Position numbers and translations under genes: made by a program. From Methanosarcinales archaeon (GTDB lineage: Archaea; Halobacteriota; UBA148; JAUWXC01), in assembly GCA_026016205.1 (NCBI GenBank), contig CP061209.1:448433-512432 (forward strand): a stretch of DNA of 64,000 nucleotides, given 5' to 3'. Numbering within the stretch: position 1 is the first letter of the stretch; every line of letters begins with the position of its first letter. Positions 50,759 to 61,367 of this stretch are shown piece after piece. The notes below the pieces were generated by a model that had not been told where the DNA came from, ran no database searches, and saw only the letters and a list, made by a program, of their open reading frames with translations.

Positions 50759-52155
50759 TGAACGTCAGCGAGATGAAGAGAAGAATGGAAGAAACGTCGG
50801 CTGAAGAGATGATTCAATCGCTATTTGACAAAATCGAGCGCAGCAAATTGAATGCATTCATAACGCTCACAAAGGAGCAGGCATTGGAAGAAGCTAGAAA
50901 AGCTGACAAGAATGGTGCGAGCGGATTGCTCGGAGCAGTTCCGATTGCCATCAAGGACAACATCTCGACCAAGGGCATACAAACGACATGTGCCTCCAAG
51001 ATTCTGAAGGGTTACGTGCCGCCATATGATGCGCATGTCATCGAGCGACTGAAGGCAGAGGGCGCCATCATCATCGGAAAAACGAACATGGATGAGTTCG
51101 CAATGGGCTCTTCCACGGAAACCAGCTTCTTTGGTCCAACACGAAATCCACATGATTTGAATCGCGTTCCAGGCGGCTCTTCTGGCGGAAGTGCGGCTGC
51201 GGTTGCAGGCGGCGAGGTGCCCATCGCATTAGGCTCTGATACCGGCGGTTCGGTCCGATGTCCTGCATCATTTTGCGGTGTGGTGGGGCTGAAACCCACA
51301 TATGGCATGGTCTCCAGATATGGTCTTATCTCCTACGCAAACTCGCTGGAGCAAATCGGCCCGTTTGGGTGCAACGTCGAAGATGTTGCGTTATTGTTAG
51401 ATGTAATCGCTGGACATGACCCACGAGACTCCACATCGCATGTGGTGAAAAAGAAAAGATATGTCGATGAACTCAAGGATGACGTGTCTGGCTTAAAAAT
51501 AGGCGTGCCAAAGGAATATTTTGAAGGAGTAGACAAAGATGTTGAGAAGGCGGTACGGGACGGTATCACGTTGTTAGAGGGGCTGGGCGCATCATGTTCC
51601 GAAGTGAAACTGCCGCACACCAAGTATGCCCTTGCATCGTATTACATCATCGCCATGAGCGAGGCAAGTTCGAATCTAGCGAGATTTGATGGGGTTAGAT
51701 ATGGCCTTCGCCTGGAAAAGGACAAGGACTGGCACACAACATTTTCAGAAATACGGGCAGAGGGATTCGGCGAGGAGGTGAAGCGCCGGATTCTCCTGGG
51801 AACGTATGCGCTCTCAGCCGGCTATTATGGGAGATATTATCTAAAGGCGCTGAAGGTGCGCACGTTAATCAAGCAGGACTTTGAAAATGCGTTCAAAAAG
51901 GTGGATGTGCTCATCACACCCACGATGCCGTGTGCTGCGTTCAAAATAGGCGAGAAGATCGATGACCCGCTATCACTCTACCTGGCAGACGTGAACACGG
52001 TTCCCATGAATCTAGCAGGAGTTCCTTCTATCTCAGTCCCATGCGGGTTTGCCAATGGATTGCCCATGGGCATGCAGATTGTAGGGGGGCATTTTGACGA
52101 AGGCCTCATCCTTAGAGTGGCACACACATTCGAGAAACACGCAGGGGTGGCGTAA
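50755..52155 (+). CDS. gatA: Asp/Glu-tRNA amidotransferase subunit A
   Basis: [28 protein letters not shown]. Confidence 0.96.
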   Translation: MMNVSEMKRRMEETSAEEMIQSLFDKIERSKLNAFITLTKEQALEEARKADKNGASGLLGAVPIAIKDNISTKGIQTTCASKILKGYVPPYDAHVIERLKAEGAIIIGKTNMDEFAMGSSTETSFFGPTRNPHDLNRVPGGSSGGSAAAVAGGEVPIALGSDTGGSVRCPASFCGVVGLKPTYGMVSRYGLISYANSLEQIGPFGCNVEDVALLLDVIAGHDPRDSTSHVVKKKRYVDELKDDVSGLKIGVPKEYFEGVDKDVEKAVRDGITLLEGLGASCSEVKLPHTKYALASYYIIAMSEASSNLARFDGVRYGLRLEKDKDWHTTFSEIRAEGFGEEVKRRILLGTYALSAGYYGRYYLKALKVRTLIKQDFENAFKKVDVLITPTMPCAAFKIGEKIDDPLSLYLADVNTVPMNLAGVPSISVPCGFANGLPMGMQIVGGHFDEGLILRVAHTFEKHAGVA

Positions 52156-53552
52156 TGAAAGATGTCATCATCGGCTTAGAGGTTCACGTGCAGTTGAATA
52201 AACTCAACTCCAAGTTGTTCTGCGGATGCTCCACCAAGTACCACGACTCTGGGCCGAACACGCACACGTGCCCGGTCTGCCTGGGATTGCCTGGCGCACT
52301 GCCCGTTCTGAACAGGACTGCCGTTGAGGCTGCCATCAAGGTCGCGCTGGCACTGAATTGCGAAATAGCCGAGCAGACGCTGTTTTACAGAAAGAATTAT
52401 TACTATCCGGATTTGCCGAAGGGATTTCAGATATCGCAGTATGACTACCCGATCGCGATAAACGGCAACCTTGTCATCGAGGGGGATAGCGAACGCAATA
52501 TCAGAATCAGAAGGGTGCATATGGAAGAAGACCCTGCCAGATTGGTGCACAAGGGTCCCATTGAGAAGTCGAAGTACTCGCTGATAGATTACAACAGATC
52601 CGGCATGTCATTATTGGAAGTGGTGACCGAGCCGGATTTGCGGTCGCCAAAGGAGGCACGACAGTTCTTGAACAAACTGCGAAACATTCTGGAATACCTG
52701 GATGTCTTCGACGGCTATTTAGAGGGGGCAATACGGGTTGATGCGAACATATCACTGGCCGGGGGCGCAAGGGCAGAAGTCAAGAACATCTCATCCTACA
52801 AAGGGGTGGAAAAGGCACTATCGTTTGAAATTGTCAGGCAGAAAAACCTGATGCGTAGAGGCATCAAGGTTGTGCAGGAGACACGCCATTATGATGAAGC
52901 AAGGGGCGTCACCATATCACTCAGGACAAAAGAGGAGGAAAAGGACTATCGATACTTCCCTGAACCCGATTTGGTGCCCTTTAAGGCGAAGGATGGAGTG
53001 CCCAAGATTAAGGAAACTCTGCCAGAGCTACCGGATGCCAAGCGAAGACGATTTGTCGAGCAGTACAACATTTCAGAGCATCATGCAAAAGTATTGACGT
53101 CTGAACTTAAACTGGCAAACTTCTTCGAGAATGTCGCTGGCAAGGTGGATACAAATCAAGCCGCGACATGGATTGCAGACGTTCTCAAAGGTGAATTGAA
53201 TTATAGGGGTTTGGGTATCGATGCATTCTCGCCCGAGCACGCGATTCAGATATTGCGCATGCTTGAGAAGAAGGACATCACTGAGAAGGGAGCGGTGCAG
53301 GTTATCAGGACGCTGTTAGATGAGGGCGGCACCCCTGCCGAAATCGTGAAACAGAAGGGTTTGATTAAAGTTGGCACAGATGTAATTGCCAGGGCTGTGG
53401 AGGAGGCTATTAAAGAAAACCCCACTGCAGTTCAAGACTATCATGCCGGAAGGAATGAGGCACTGCACTTCCTCGTTGGCCAAGTCATGAAAAAGACGTC
53501 TGGAAAGGCAGACCCGGATGCGGTAAACAAATTGCTCAGGGAGAAGTTGTAA
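52155..53552 (+). CDS. gatB: Asp/Glu-tRNA amidotransferase subunit B
   Basis: [31 protein letters not shown]. Confidence 0.96.
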   Translation: MKDVIIGLEVHVQLNKLNSKLFCGCSTKYHDSGPNTHTCPVCLGLPGALPVLNRTAVEAAIKVALALNCEIAEQTLFYRKNYYYPDLPKGFQISQYDYPIAINGNLVIEGDSERNIRIRRVHMEEDPARLVHKGPIEKSKYSLIDYNRSGMSLLEVVTEPDLRSPKEARQFLNKLRNILEYLDVFDGYLEGAIRVDANISLAGGARAEVKNISSYKGVEKALSFEIVRQKNLMRRGIKVVQETRHYDEARGVTISLRTKEEEKDYRYFPEPDLVPFKAKDGVPKIKETLPELPDAKRRRFVEQYNISEHHAKVLTSELKLANFFENVAGKVDTNQAATWIADVLKGELNYRGLGIDAFSPEHAIQILRMLEKKDITEKGAVQVIRTLLDEGGTPAEIVKQKGLIKVGTDVIARAVEEAIKENPTAVQDYHAGRNEALHFLVGQVMKKTSGKADPDAVNKLLREKL

Positions 53553-55549
53553 TGCACCTGATTATAACAGAGAAAAACAGCACAGCAAAGAGGATTGCAC
53601 AGATTCTCTCGGATGGAAAGGCGAAACAAAGAAAAACCAATGGCGTAAACGTTTACGAGTTTGATGGCAAAAAAATCATAGGGCTGGTAGGGCACATTCT
53701 TTCAATCGATTTTCCAAAAAAATACAACGACTGGTCAAAGGTGGAGCCACATGAGCTCATAGATGCAGAAATTATCCAGGTGCCAACCCAGAAAAAGGTC
53801 ATTTCTGCGCTGAAAAAACTCGCGAAGGACGCATCACACATAACCATCGCTACAGATTACGATAGAGAAGGAGAGCTAATTGGCGTGGAGGCGCTGCGAT
53901 TAATAGAGCCTTCCACCCATGTGGACAGGGTTAGGTATTCAGCGATTACCCCGTCCGCGATTATTGAGGCATTCTCTTCTCCTGCCGAAATCGATTTTGA
54001 ACTTGCTGCCGCAGGCGAGGCCAGGCAGAAAATCGATTTGGTCTGGGGAGCTGCACTTACGAGGTTTATCTCGCTGTCGTCGCGCCGCCTGGGAAAGAAC
54101 TTCCTCTCGGTTGGGAGGGTGCAGAGCCCGCTTTTAGCACTGCTGGTCAAGAGGGAGAAAGAGATAGAGGCATTTGTACCCAAACCGTACTGGGAGATTG
54201 CCATCACATGCAAGAACGATGGCGAATTTATCGCGAAGCATAAAAAGGACCGCTTCTGGGAAAAGAGCGAGGCAGAGGCAATCGTATCGCGGCTTGGTAA
54301 AAAAGGCACCATTTCCAAACTGGAGCGAAGCGAAAAGGTAGAGCAGCCGCCGACCCCGTTCAACACGACCGAGTTTATACGGGCGGCCAGCGCAATCGGT
54401 TTCTCTCCAGCCAATGCGATGAGAATCGCCGAGGGTTTGTACATTAACGGATGGATCAGCTATCCTAGGACAGACAACACCGTTTACCCTAAAAGCCTGG
54501 ATGTTAAATCCATCATAGAGTCATTCGTAAACAGCGAGTTTGGCGAGTATGCAAACGCTCTGCTGAAAAAAGAACTCAAGCCAACCAGGGGCAAGAAAGA
54601 GGCAACAGACCACCCACCGATACACCCGGCCTCTATTGCCAAAAAGGATGAGCTGGGCGCCCCGGAGTGGAAGATTTATGAACTGGTTGTCAGGCGCTTC
54701 TTTGCGACGTTTGCACCGCCGGCAATCTGGAATATCACAAAGATAGCAATTGATGTCAATGGAGAGTTATTCAATGCGAATGGCGCGCAGTTGGTTGAAG
54801 AGGGATGGCGGTGGCACTATCCATACTACGCGATGAAAGAGCGATTTTTGCCTTTGCTGAAAGAGGACGAGGTCCTGAGCATAACAAAGGTCGACCTGGC
54901 AGAGAAGGAGACGAAGCCTTCGCCAAGGTACAAGCACGGCGGGCTGATTAAAGTAATGGAAGATCTTGGCCTCGGCACGAAGTCCACGAGGCATGAGGCG
55001 CTGAGCAAGTTATATGCACGCGGTTACGTGCACGGCAACCCCGTACGCCCGACAAAGACGGCGATAGCTGTCGTTGATACGCTGGAAAGTTATGCAAATC
55101 AAATTGTCCAGCCTGACATGACCCGCACATTAGAAGAGGACATGAACAAGATTGCAGAGGGAGAGGTAAGCGAGGATGCGGTGGTCCAGGAGTCCAAGAA
55201 GATGCTGAGCTCTGTGTTCGATGTTTTGAGGGAAAAATGCGAAGACATCAGCGATGCACTCAAGAAAGGGCTGCAGGAAGACAAAATTGTTGGCGCCTGC
55301 CCCGATTGCGGTGCAAACCTGATGATTCGCAGGTCTAGAAGAGGTCTGCGGTTCATAGGGTGCAGCGGATACCCGGACTGTAATTTCTCGCTCCCGCTTC
55401 CCAAGAGTGGAGGCATCGTCGTCACGCAGAACGTTTGCAAGGAGCACGGGTTGCGCAAACTCAAAATAGTGGCCAAGGGAAGACGAGCATGGGATTTGGG
55501 ATGCCCGTATTGCAATTATATCGAGTGGCAGAAGTCGAAGAAGAAATAA
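53552..55549 (+). CDS. topA: DNA topoisomerase IA
   Basis: ITEK, ATDYDREGE, GRVQSP, ISYPRTD, C-terminal Zn ribbons. Confidence 0.96.
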   Translation: MHLIITEKNSTAKRIAQILSDGKAKQRKTNGVNVYEFDGKKIIGLVGHILSIDFPKKYNDWSKVEPHELIDAEIIQVPTQKKVISALKKLAKDASHITIATDYDREGELIGVEALRLIEPSTHVDRVRYSAITPSAIIEAFSSPAEIDFELAAAGEARQKIDLVWGAALTRFISLSSRRLGKNFLSVGRVQSPLLALLVKREKEIEAFVPKPYWEIAITCKNDGEFIAKHKKDRFWEKSEAEAIVSRLGKKGTISKLERSEKVEQPPTPFNTTEFIRAASAIGFSPANAMRIAEGLYINGWISYPRTDNTVYPKSLDVKSIIESFVNSEFGEYANALLKKELKPTRGKKEATDHPPIHPASIAKKDELGAPEWKIYELVVRRFFATFAPPAIWNITKIAIDVNGELFNANGAQLVEEGWRWHYPYYAMKERFLPLLKEDEVLSITKVDLAEKETKPSPRYKHGGLIKVMEDLGLGTKSTRHEALSKLYARGYVHGNPVRPTKTAIAVVDTLESYANQIVQPDMTRTLEEDMNKIAEGEVSEDAVVQESKKMLSSVFDVLREKCEDISDALKKGLQEDKIVGACPDCGANLMIRRSRRGLRFIGCSGYPDCNFSLPLPKSGGIVVTQNVCKEHGLRKLKIVAKGRRAWDLGCPYCNYIEWQKSKKK

Positions 55550-55551
55550 TC

Positions 55552-56292
55552 TTACTTCTTAATCGCCCCGACAAACTCTTTAATTTTGGACGTTACATCG
55601 CCCTTTTCGATGGCAGTTCCAGTTACGATGGCATCTGCGCCCGCCTCGACGCATTCTTTTGCGGTTTTTCCATCCCTGATACCACCGCCAACGATGAGCT
55701 TCGTGTCGCCTATGGCATCTTTCACGGCTTTTATCATGGCTGGCGGAACGGATTCGCCAGCGCCAGAGCCCGCCTCGAGATAAACCCAGCGCATTCCTAG
55801 ATATTTAGCTGCAAGCGCATAAGCGACTGCCAATTCAGGCTTTTCCCTTGGAATTGGCTTCGCATCGCCAACCCAACCAGCCGTGCCTCCTGGGGAGATG
55901 ATGATGTATGCCATTGGTATTGGCTCGATACCGTACCTCTTAACAATGGGGGCTCCAAGAGCCTGATTCGTCGTAACGTACATCACATCCTTGGAGTTCA
56001 AAAGGCTCATAAAAAAGACTGCATCCGCATGCTTGCTCAGCCCGGCCACGCTGCTGGGGAAGAGAATAATCGGGAGGTCTGTGCATTTCTTTATCGCCAG
56101 CACCGTCTCGTCAAGCTGTGCGCCTCCGCCTCCCAGAGATCCGCCGACCATGATGGCATCAGTGCCGCCAGTAGCCGCGCCAGCAGCGATCTTTGCCGCT
56201 TCATCCGGCGCCTGTGAATCCGGGTCTATCAGCGTAAGATGGACAGCGCCATCCTTTTGAATTGTCTCGTTAAGCAAGTCCTCGACCTTCAT
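55552..56292 (-). CDS. Geranylgeranylglyceryl phosphate synthase
   Basis: [25 protein letters not shown]. Confidence 0.92.
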   Translation of the reverse strand: MKVEDLLNETIQKDGAVHLTLIDPDSQAPDEAAKIAAGAATGGTDAIMVGGSLGGGGAQLDETVLAIKKCTDLPIILFPSSVAGLSKHADAVFFMSLLNSKDVMYVTTNQALGAPIVKRYGIEPIPMAYIIISPGGTAGWVGDAKPIPREKPELAVAYALAAKYLGMRWVYLEAGSGAGESVPPAMIKAVKDAIGDTKLIVGGGIRDGKTAKECVEAGADAIVTGTAIEKGDVTSKIKEFVGAIKK

Positions 56293-56453
56293 GGTGCCCC
56301 GCCCTTTCCTGCCTTGCTTATCTTGGACTTCACCCTCAGCCCTTTATAACCGCATTTTCTGCACTTAAGCGCCTTAGCAGGATTGCGCGCATTGCATTTC
56401 ATACAAATTTTCATGTGAAGAAGTTTTGCTTCTGCCTCTGGAAATCGTGCCAT
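56289..56453 (-). CDS. rpl40e: 50S ribosomal protein L40e (not in ORF track)
   Basis: My translation [54 protein letters not shown]. Confidence 0.95.
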   Translation of the reverse strand: MARFPEAEAKLLHMKICMKCNARNPAKALKCRKCGYKGLRVKSKISKAGKGGAP

Positions 56454-56677
56454 GATATATTACCTCAATTTAACAGCATTATAGATAATCCCTATAGCAT
56501 TTAATACTAACATTTAACATTAACGCCCCGAGGATGTCTACGCACAATTTTGTCGTGGAAGGATTTAGGGGTTTTGGGAGAGTTTTTTAGTTATGATGTG
56601 TACTTCATAAAAAATGATGACTGAAATGCAATAGCGGAATCTTTATAGATTACTAAACACGACTGACACAGGGTCAA

Positions 56678-57091
56678 ATGTCCATCATTAGAAAGTTACA
56701 ACCAAGAAAAACTGTCGTTTTTATTTTGATATTGAGCATACTGGCTGTATCTTTTTCGGGATGTATCCAATCTGTACTGCCAGCAAACGTCGGGATAATT
56801 GACCAAGAAGTATCTGAAATAAAATATGATTTAGCATACGGTTTTTACATGGATGTTACATTAAAAATCCAGAATAAAGGTGAGGGTGTCGCAAGGAATG
56901 TGAAGGTATACGTCCACATTGAAGACAATACGGGAGATGTCGAATATGATGGGTATCTTTACTTCCCAGATTTAGCGCCCTTGGATGTTGCATCTAAAAC
57001 GTTCACTCTTGATTTAGAGGTAGAGGATAAGAGCGTTACGGGAGAGTACGTAGTATATTGGGATGGCGGTTCGAATACTTTCCACTTTTAA
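56678..57091 (+). CDS. Putative lipoprotein with Ig/CARDB-like fold
   Basis: Lipobox FSGC; IQNKGEGVARNV. Confidence 0.7.
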   Translation: MSIIRKLQPRKTVVFILILSILAVSFSGCIQSVLPANVGIIDQEVSEIKYDLAYGFYMDVTLKIQNKGEGVARNVKVYVHIEDNTGDVEYDGYLYFPDLAPLDVASKTFTLDLEVEDKSVTGEYVVYWDGGSNTFHF

Positions 57092-57161
57092 GGGGAATGT
57101 ATGAAAAATAAAGGGTTGTTGGTTGTTGTGTATTTGACTAGAAACAAGAGGAGGTGGTAAA

Positions 57162-57602
57162 ATGAGCAAATCAGATTTGATAGATTGTCTAACTAAAGGC
57201 GAAACTCTCCTTTATTCGGCAAGCGGAGAGGGCGATATGGGACTAACAAACAAAAGAATAATTGTCCTAAATGGGCCTGCATCAGAGTTTAAAGATATCA
57301 GGTATCCTCACATTGCATCGATTGAGTGGGGGGCATATGACAACATTTGGTATATTGTGATAGGGGCTATTGCAGCACTTTTTGGTTGGGCACTTACAGG
57401 ACAGAGTGGTGATTTAGCATCAATGGGCATCTTTTTCATAATTGCCGGAATAGTTCTCGTTGCCCTGTACTTCTTCACAAAGAAAAGTGGTCTCATAATT
57501 GTCACAGAACAAGAGAAGATAGCATATTCATTCAAGGGAAGAGAGTCTCATGATATGGTAAAGGAAATTAGTAAAATCGTACGAGAGCATGACAAACCCT
57601 GA
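57162..57602 (+). CDS. PH-like domain membrane protein with an inserted TM hairpin
   Basis: LTNKRII...IRYPHIASIE, two TMs; GGAGGTG SD. Confidence 0.65.
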   Translation: MSKSDLIDCLTKGETLLYSASGEGDMGLTNKRIIVLNGPASEFKDIRYPHIASIEWGAYDNIWYIVIGAIAALFGWALTGQSGDLASMGIFFIIAGIVLVALYFFTKKSGLIIVTEQEKIAYSFKGRESHDMVKEISKIVREHDKP

Positions 57603-57605
57603 CAA

Positions 57606-58130
57606 TCACATATACCCCTCTTGAATTTCAATCACTTCCGCGCTATTTCTCGCCTTTGAATATTCTTCCAGGGGCGCCCTGTTCAGTTCTAAAAATCCCA
57701 GACCCCAGCCAAACTTGCTTAGAATCTGCTCCGCCTGCTCCTTTTGCCCTAGAATATAAAGCGCAGCCGCAAACGCCTCGACGCTGCTCAGCTTGAATGG
57801 CTTGCCGTAGTTAATGGGATTTGCAGCAAGCAGGAACGGCAGCGCCATATGCGACATTCGCTTTTTTCGCAGCAGAGGAAATGCCCTTTCGACCTCTTCC
57901 CATGAGCAGTCAAGCACGACGATGCCCTTTTGCGCCTTTTCCTCGTCCGCAGGAGAGAGTGCCTGCTCTGCCGTTGGGTCGAGCAGTATCGCGCCCGAAG
58001 GCAGTTTTTTAATGTTGTCGTATAACTCAACAAGACCGAATCGTGCCAATTTTTTAGCGGTGCACCTCTTTGGGTCGCACTGGTGCATGTGATATGCATA
58101 TAGATTAATACCTTCTTTCATCATCAACAT
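57606..58130 (-). CDS. tsr3: 16S rRNA aminocarboxypropyltransferase Tsr3
   Basis: [29 protein letters not shown]. Confidence 0.93.
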   Translation of the reverse strand: MLMMKEGINLYAYHMHQCDPKRCTAKKLARFGLVELYDNIKKLPSGAILLDPTAEQALSPADEEKAQKGIVVLDCSWEEVERAFPLLRKKRMSHMALPFLLAANPINYGKPFKLSSVEAFAAALYILGQKEQAEQILSKFGWGLGFLELNRAPLEEYSKARNSAEVIEIQEGYM

Positions 58131-58150
58131 TTAATTATCAGCGAAGCGTA

Positions 58151-58158
58151 TTTAATAA
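58151..58158 (+). promoter_or_regulatory. Probable TATA box for tRNA-Gly
   Basis: TTTAATAA 22-29 nt upstream of the tRNA. Confidence 0.5.
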
Positions 58159-58179
58159 CCTACCAAGAATAGCGAGATT

Positions 58180-58310
58180 GCGCCGATAGTCTAGTGGTTA
58201 TGACATGGGCCTTCCAACCAAACTTTTAAAAAAGTTTGATCAAAACTATCAACCTTTTTGAAGGTTGCGGAAGACAGCCCATGACCCGGGTTCAAATCCC
58301 GGTCGGCGCA
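58180..58310 (+). tRNA. tRNA-Gly(TCC) with a 59-nt intron (58217-58275) at position 37/38
   Basis: GCGCCGA/TCGGCGC acceptor, TGGGC/GCCCA anticodon stem, BHB central helix CTTC/GAAG with bulges CA|A and AC|A, GGTTCAAATCC. Confidence 0.9.
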
Positions 58311-58320
58311 TTAAGAAGGA

Positions 58321-58632
58321 ATGCGAGGAATCTGGGTGAAGCGCAAGAGCTGGATCAGGGACATGGCAAAGCAGAGAATCGAAATACTCTTTGGGCTTGC
58401 TGAGAAAGAATTCGGAGAGCACCCGGAAAGAAGCAACAGGTATGTCCAGCTTGCGAGAAGAATCGGCATGCGTCACAATGTCAGGATTCCCAGGGAATTC
58501 AAGCGGAGGATGTGCAAGCACTGCTACTCATATCTCATGCCAGGAGCCAGCGCAAGGGTACGACTGCGGAAAAGATATGTAACGGTAACATGCCTCGCAT
58601 GTAATAGGCAGATGCGGTACCCATACCCATAA
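58321..58632 (+). CDS. rnp4: RNase P protein component 4 (Rpp21)
   Basis: RIEILF, RYVQLARRI, CKHC...CLAC..MRYPY. Confidence 0.93.
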   Translation: MRGIWVKRKSWIRDMAKQRIEILFGLAEKEFGEHPERSNRYVQLARRIGMRHNVRIPREFKRRMCKHCYSYLMPGASARVRLRKRYVTVTCLACNRQMRYPYP

Positions 58633-58757
58633 TCTAAGAGGCATATTAGCGCATAAGGCATATAAGAAAAAGCTAGCCTCAAACTCGACCGAATTGTCGG
58701 CAAGATGAAAGAAGCGGCAGATAAAATTAAGAAGGCTGCAAGCAATACCTGCACCTG

Positions 58758-59021
58758 ATGGAAAAGAAGAAGGCATATAAACTAAAGGCAGATGCAACAT
58801 CACTTAGCCCAACAGTTCAAGTCGGAAAAAATGGCATTACTAAGACAATAATAGAAGAGTTGAGGAGGCAATTGAAAAAGATGCACCTTGTCAAAGTCAA
58901 ATTCCCAAAATCGGCAATTAGGTCCGAACGAGCCGAACTCGCACAGCAATTAGCCCGGTCAGCTAATGCCGAGTTAATCGAGACAAGGGGCATGACTGCC
59001 GTATATTTTAAGGGCAAATAA
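58758..59021 (+). CDS. YhbY/CRM RNA-binding protein
   Basis: PTVQVGKNGI, LVKVK, RGMTAVY. Confidence 0.88.
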   Translation: MEKKKAYKLKADATSLSPTVQVGKNGITKTIIEELRRQLKKMHLVKVKFPKSAIRSERAELAQQLARSANAELIETRGMTAVYFKGK

Positions 59022-59061
59022 CCGATAGATTAATCTATTATCCTTCTAATGGAGGTTGAGC

Positions 59062-59511
59062 ATGACAACGATTTATGATGTACCTGCATACGCGCTTATA
59101 AACAAGGTAGCGCTACGACTAGAAGAGTCTAAAAAAGTCGTGCCACCAGAGTGGGCAGCCTATGTAAAAACTGGCATTCACAAAGAATTGCCCCCCATAC
59201 AAGAGAATTGGTGGCATATTAGGTGCGCATCCATCCTCAGGCGCATATATATAGATGGACCGGTCGGAGTAGAGCGGCTCAGGTCATTCTATGGGGGTAA
59301 ACAGAACAGAGGGTCAAAGCCGGAACGGTTTGTGAAAGGGAGCGGTTCGATTCTACGACATGCAATCCAGCAACTGGAACAGATAGGATACTTACGCAAT
59401 ACAAAAAAAGGGCGAACTATATCGCCTGCAGGGCGATCCTTCTTGGATAACATCGCAGATGAGGTTAAGAAAGAAGTTGCCAAGGATATCCCTGGATTAG
59501 AAAAATATTAG
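59062..59511 (+). CDS. rps19e: 30S ribosomal protein S19e
   Basis: [28 protein letters not shown]. Confidence 0.96.
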   Translation: MTTIYDVPAYALINKVALRLEESKKVVPPEWAAYVKTGIHKELPPIQENWWHIRCASILRRIYIDGPVGVERLRSFYGGKQNRGSKPERFVKGSGSILRHAIQQLEQIGYLRNTKKGRTISPAGRSFLDNIADEVKKEVAKDIPGLEKY

Positions 59512-59521
59512 GCGATGTCCC

Positions 59522-59845
59522 ATGAATGAGTTGGACGAGATTAAAAGAAGAAAATTAGAACAACTCAGGCAAGCGCAGATGCAGGCAACTCAAGAAGATG
59601 CTGCAAGGGCAGAAATACAGGCCAGAAAAAAAGGCATATTGCGCCAGATATTGACGCCGGAGGCAAGGGAAAGGTTAAACAACATCAGGATGACACGTCC
59701 TGATTTTGTCGACCAAGTTGAAGTGCAGTTAATAGTGCTCGCACAGAGCGGGAGACTAGAAGGCCAGATAAGCGATGAACAGTTGAAACAGATACTCCTG
59801 CAGGTTCAACCAAAGAAAAGGGACATAAAAATTCGGAGAATGTGA
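59522..59845 (+). CDS. PDCD5-like DNA-binding protein
   Basis: [16 protein letters not shown]. Confidence 0.92.
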   Translation: MNELDEIKRRKLEQLRQAQMQATQEDAARAEIQARKKGILRQILTPEARERLNNIRMTRPDFVDQVEVQLIVLAQSGRLEGQISDEQLKQILLQVQPKKRDIKIRRM

Positions 59846-59846
59846 A

Positions 59847-59999
59847 ATGGGTAAAAAGACGAAGAGCAAAAAGAAGAGGCTTGCTAAGGCAACGGAGCAA
59901 AACAGGCGTGTGCCAGTATGGGTGATAATGAGGACCAATAGGGCTGTAACGACACACCCAAAAAGGCGAAACTGGAGACGGAGCGACTTAGACATATAA
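59847..59999 (+). CDS. rpl39e: 50S ribosomal protein L39e (not in ORF track)
   Basis: My translation [50 protein letters not shown]. Confidence 0.95.
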   Translation: MGKKTKSKKKRLAKATEQNRRVPVWVIMRTNRAVTTHPKRRNWRRSDLDI

Positions 60000-60008
60000 G
60001 GTGATTTC

Positions 60009-60269
60009 GTGGAAGGGGAGCAGATTTATACGATTCCGCTGAGGGTCACGAAAAAAGTGCCGAGATGGCGGAGAAGCAAAAGAGCCATGAGCGAGATTAG
60101 AACGTACCTAGCAAAGCATATGAAGGCTGAGCCGGAACATATCCACTTAGATTCATCTATAAACGAGAAGGTCTGGGAGAAAGGTAGCCAAAACCCTCCA
60201 CCTAAGATTAGAGTCAAGGCAATGAAATTCGAAGATGGCGTTGTCGAAGCAGAGCTTGTTAAAGAATAG
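60009..60269 (+). CDS. rpl31e: 50S ribosomal protein L31e
   Basis: YTIPLR, RSKRAM, INEKVW..G...PP.KIRV. Confidence 0.95.
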   Translation: MEGEQIYTIPLRVTKKVPRWRRSKRAMSEIRTYLAKHMKAEPEHIHLDSSINEKVWEKGSQNPPPKIRVKAMKFEDGVVEAELVKE

Positions 60270-60277
60270 TTGTATAT

Positions 60278-60937
60278 ATGCCAAAAATACTGACATTCAA
60301 TGGGAGCCCATATTTAGGCGTATTTGCCGCGAACACCGAGAAGCTTGCAATCATTCCGCCAGACGTTTCACAGCAAGCATTTAAGGAAACATGCGAGGCG
60401 TTGGGTGTGGATGGTATAAAGACATCTGTCTGCGAGTGTTCAGTAGTAGGTGCATTGATGTGCGGAAACTCGCATGGATGTGTAGTGCCATCGTACGCGC
60501 TTGAGGAAGAGATTGCAAGGATTGAGAAATATACCCAGGTCCTGAGACTGCCCAGCAAGATGAGCGCGGCCGGCAACCTTATACTTGCAAATGATGAGGT
60601 GGCAATAGTGCATCCTGACATGGGCAAAAACGCAATAAAAGTGGTCAAAGACGCCCTAAATGTTGAAGTATATAAAGGAAGAATTGGAGGGTTAAAGACA
60701 GTAGGGATGGCAGCAGTCGCCACCAATAAAGGCGTATTAGTTCACCCCAAGGCATCTGCGCAAGAGCTGAAGTTTCTAGAGGATACTTTTGGCCTGCCAG
60801 TGGACATCGGCACGGTGAACTTTGGGTCAGGATTGATAGGTGCAGCCCTGTTAGCAAATTCAAAAGGGTACGTCGTAGGTACTGAGACTACAGGGCCTGA
60901 GTTGGGGAGGATTGAGGATGCCCTGGGATTTGTATGA
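60278..60937 (+). CDS. eif6: Translation initiation factor aIF-6
   Basis: GNLILAND, GTVNFGS, TTGPELGRIEDALG. Confidence 0.95.
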   Translation: MPKILTFNGSPYLGVFAANTEKLAIIPPDVSQQAFKETCEALGVDGIKTSVCECSVVGALMCGNSHGCVVPSYALEEEIARIEKYTQVLRLPSKMSAAGNLILANDEVAIVHPDMGKNAIKVVKDALNVEVYKGRIGGLKTVGMAAVATNKGVLVHPKASAQELKFLEDTFGLPVDIGTVNFGSGLIGAALLANSKGYVVGTETTGPELGRIEDALGFV

Positions 60938-60946
60938 GGTGCAGTA

Positions 60947-61363
60947 ATGACTGAAAAAAAGACAAGCGAAGAGGATGTTAGAGGAGCCATCGCCCTGCTG
61001 CAACAGTATCAGAGTAGGGCAGAGGCGCATCAACAGCAGCTCGCTTTAATCGAGCTTTCAATTCGAGAGTGTGAGAGTGCTCTCAACACAATTGACGAAC
61101 TCGGAAAGGTGAAGGCAGACAATACCGCGTTAGTTCCGATCGGCGCAGGCGCATATTTGCATGCCACGATACCACAGGTGGGTAGAGTCCTGATAAGTCT
61201 TGGCGCAGGCGTAAGTGCAGAAAAAGATTCCGATGCCGCCAAAGAAACATTGGCCAAAAGAAGAGAAGAATTCGGCAAGATGCACGAGCACTTGAACGAG
61301 GAACTGCGCAGAATGTACAATGACATGCAAAAGATACAGCTAAAGATCGCACAACATAGGTGA
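60947..61363 (+). CDS. pfdA: Prefoldin alpha subunit
   Basis: LVPIGAG, LGAGVSAEK between coiled coils. Confidence 0.93.
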   Translation: MTEKKTSEEDVRGAIALLQQYQSRAEAHQQQLALIELSIRECESALNTIDELGKVKADNTALVPIGAGAYLHATIPQVGRVLISLGAGVSAEKDSDAAKETLAKRREEFGKMHEHLNEELRRMYNDMQKIQLKIAQHR

Positions 61364-61367
61364 GAGC

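Noticed and set aside
56550..56575. ORB-like GTGGAA...GGGG
   Set aside because: Single copy, lacks the TCCA half, wrong spacing
56614..56666. C/D box sRNA (ATGATGA...CGGA...CTGA)
   Set aside because: C' box is poor, I recognise no rRNA target, and it overlaps the likely TATA box of the 56678 gene
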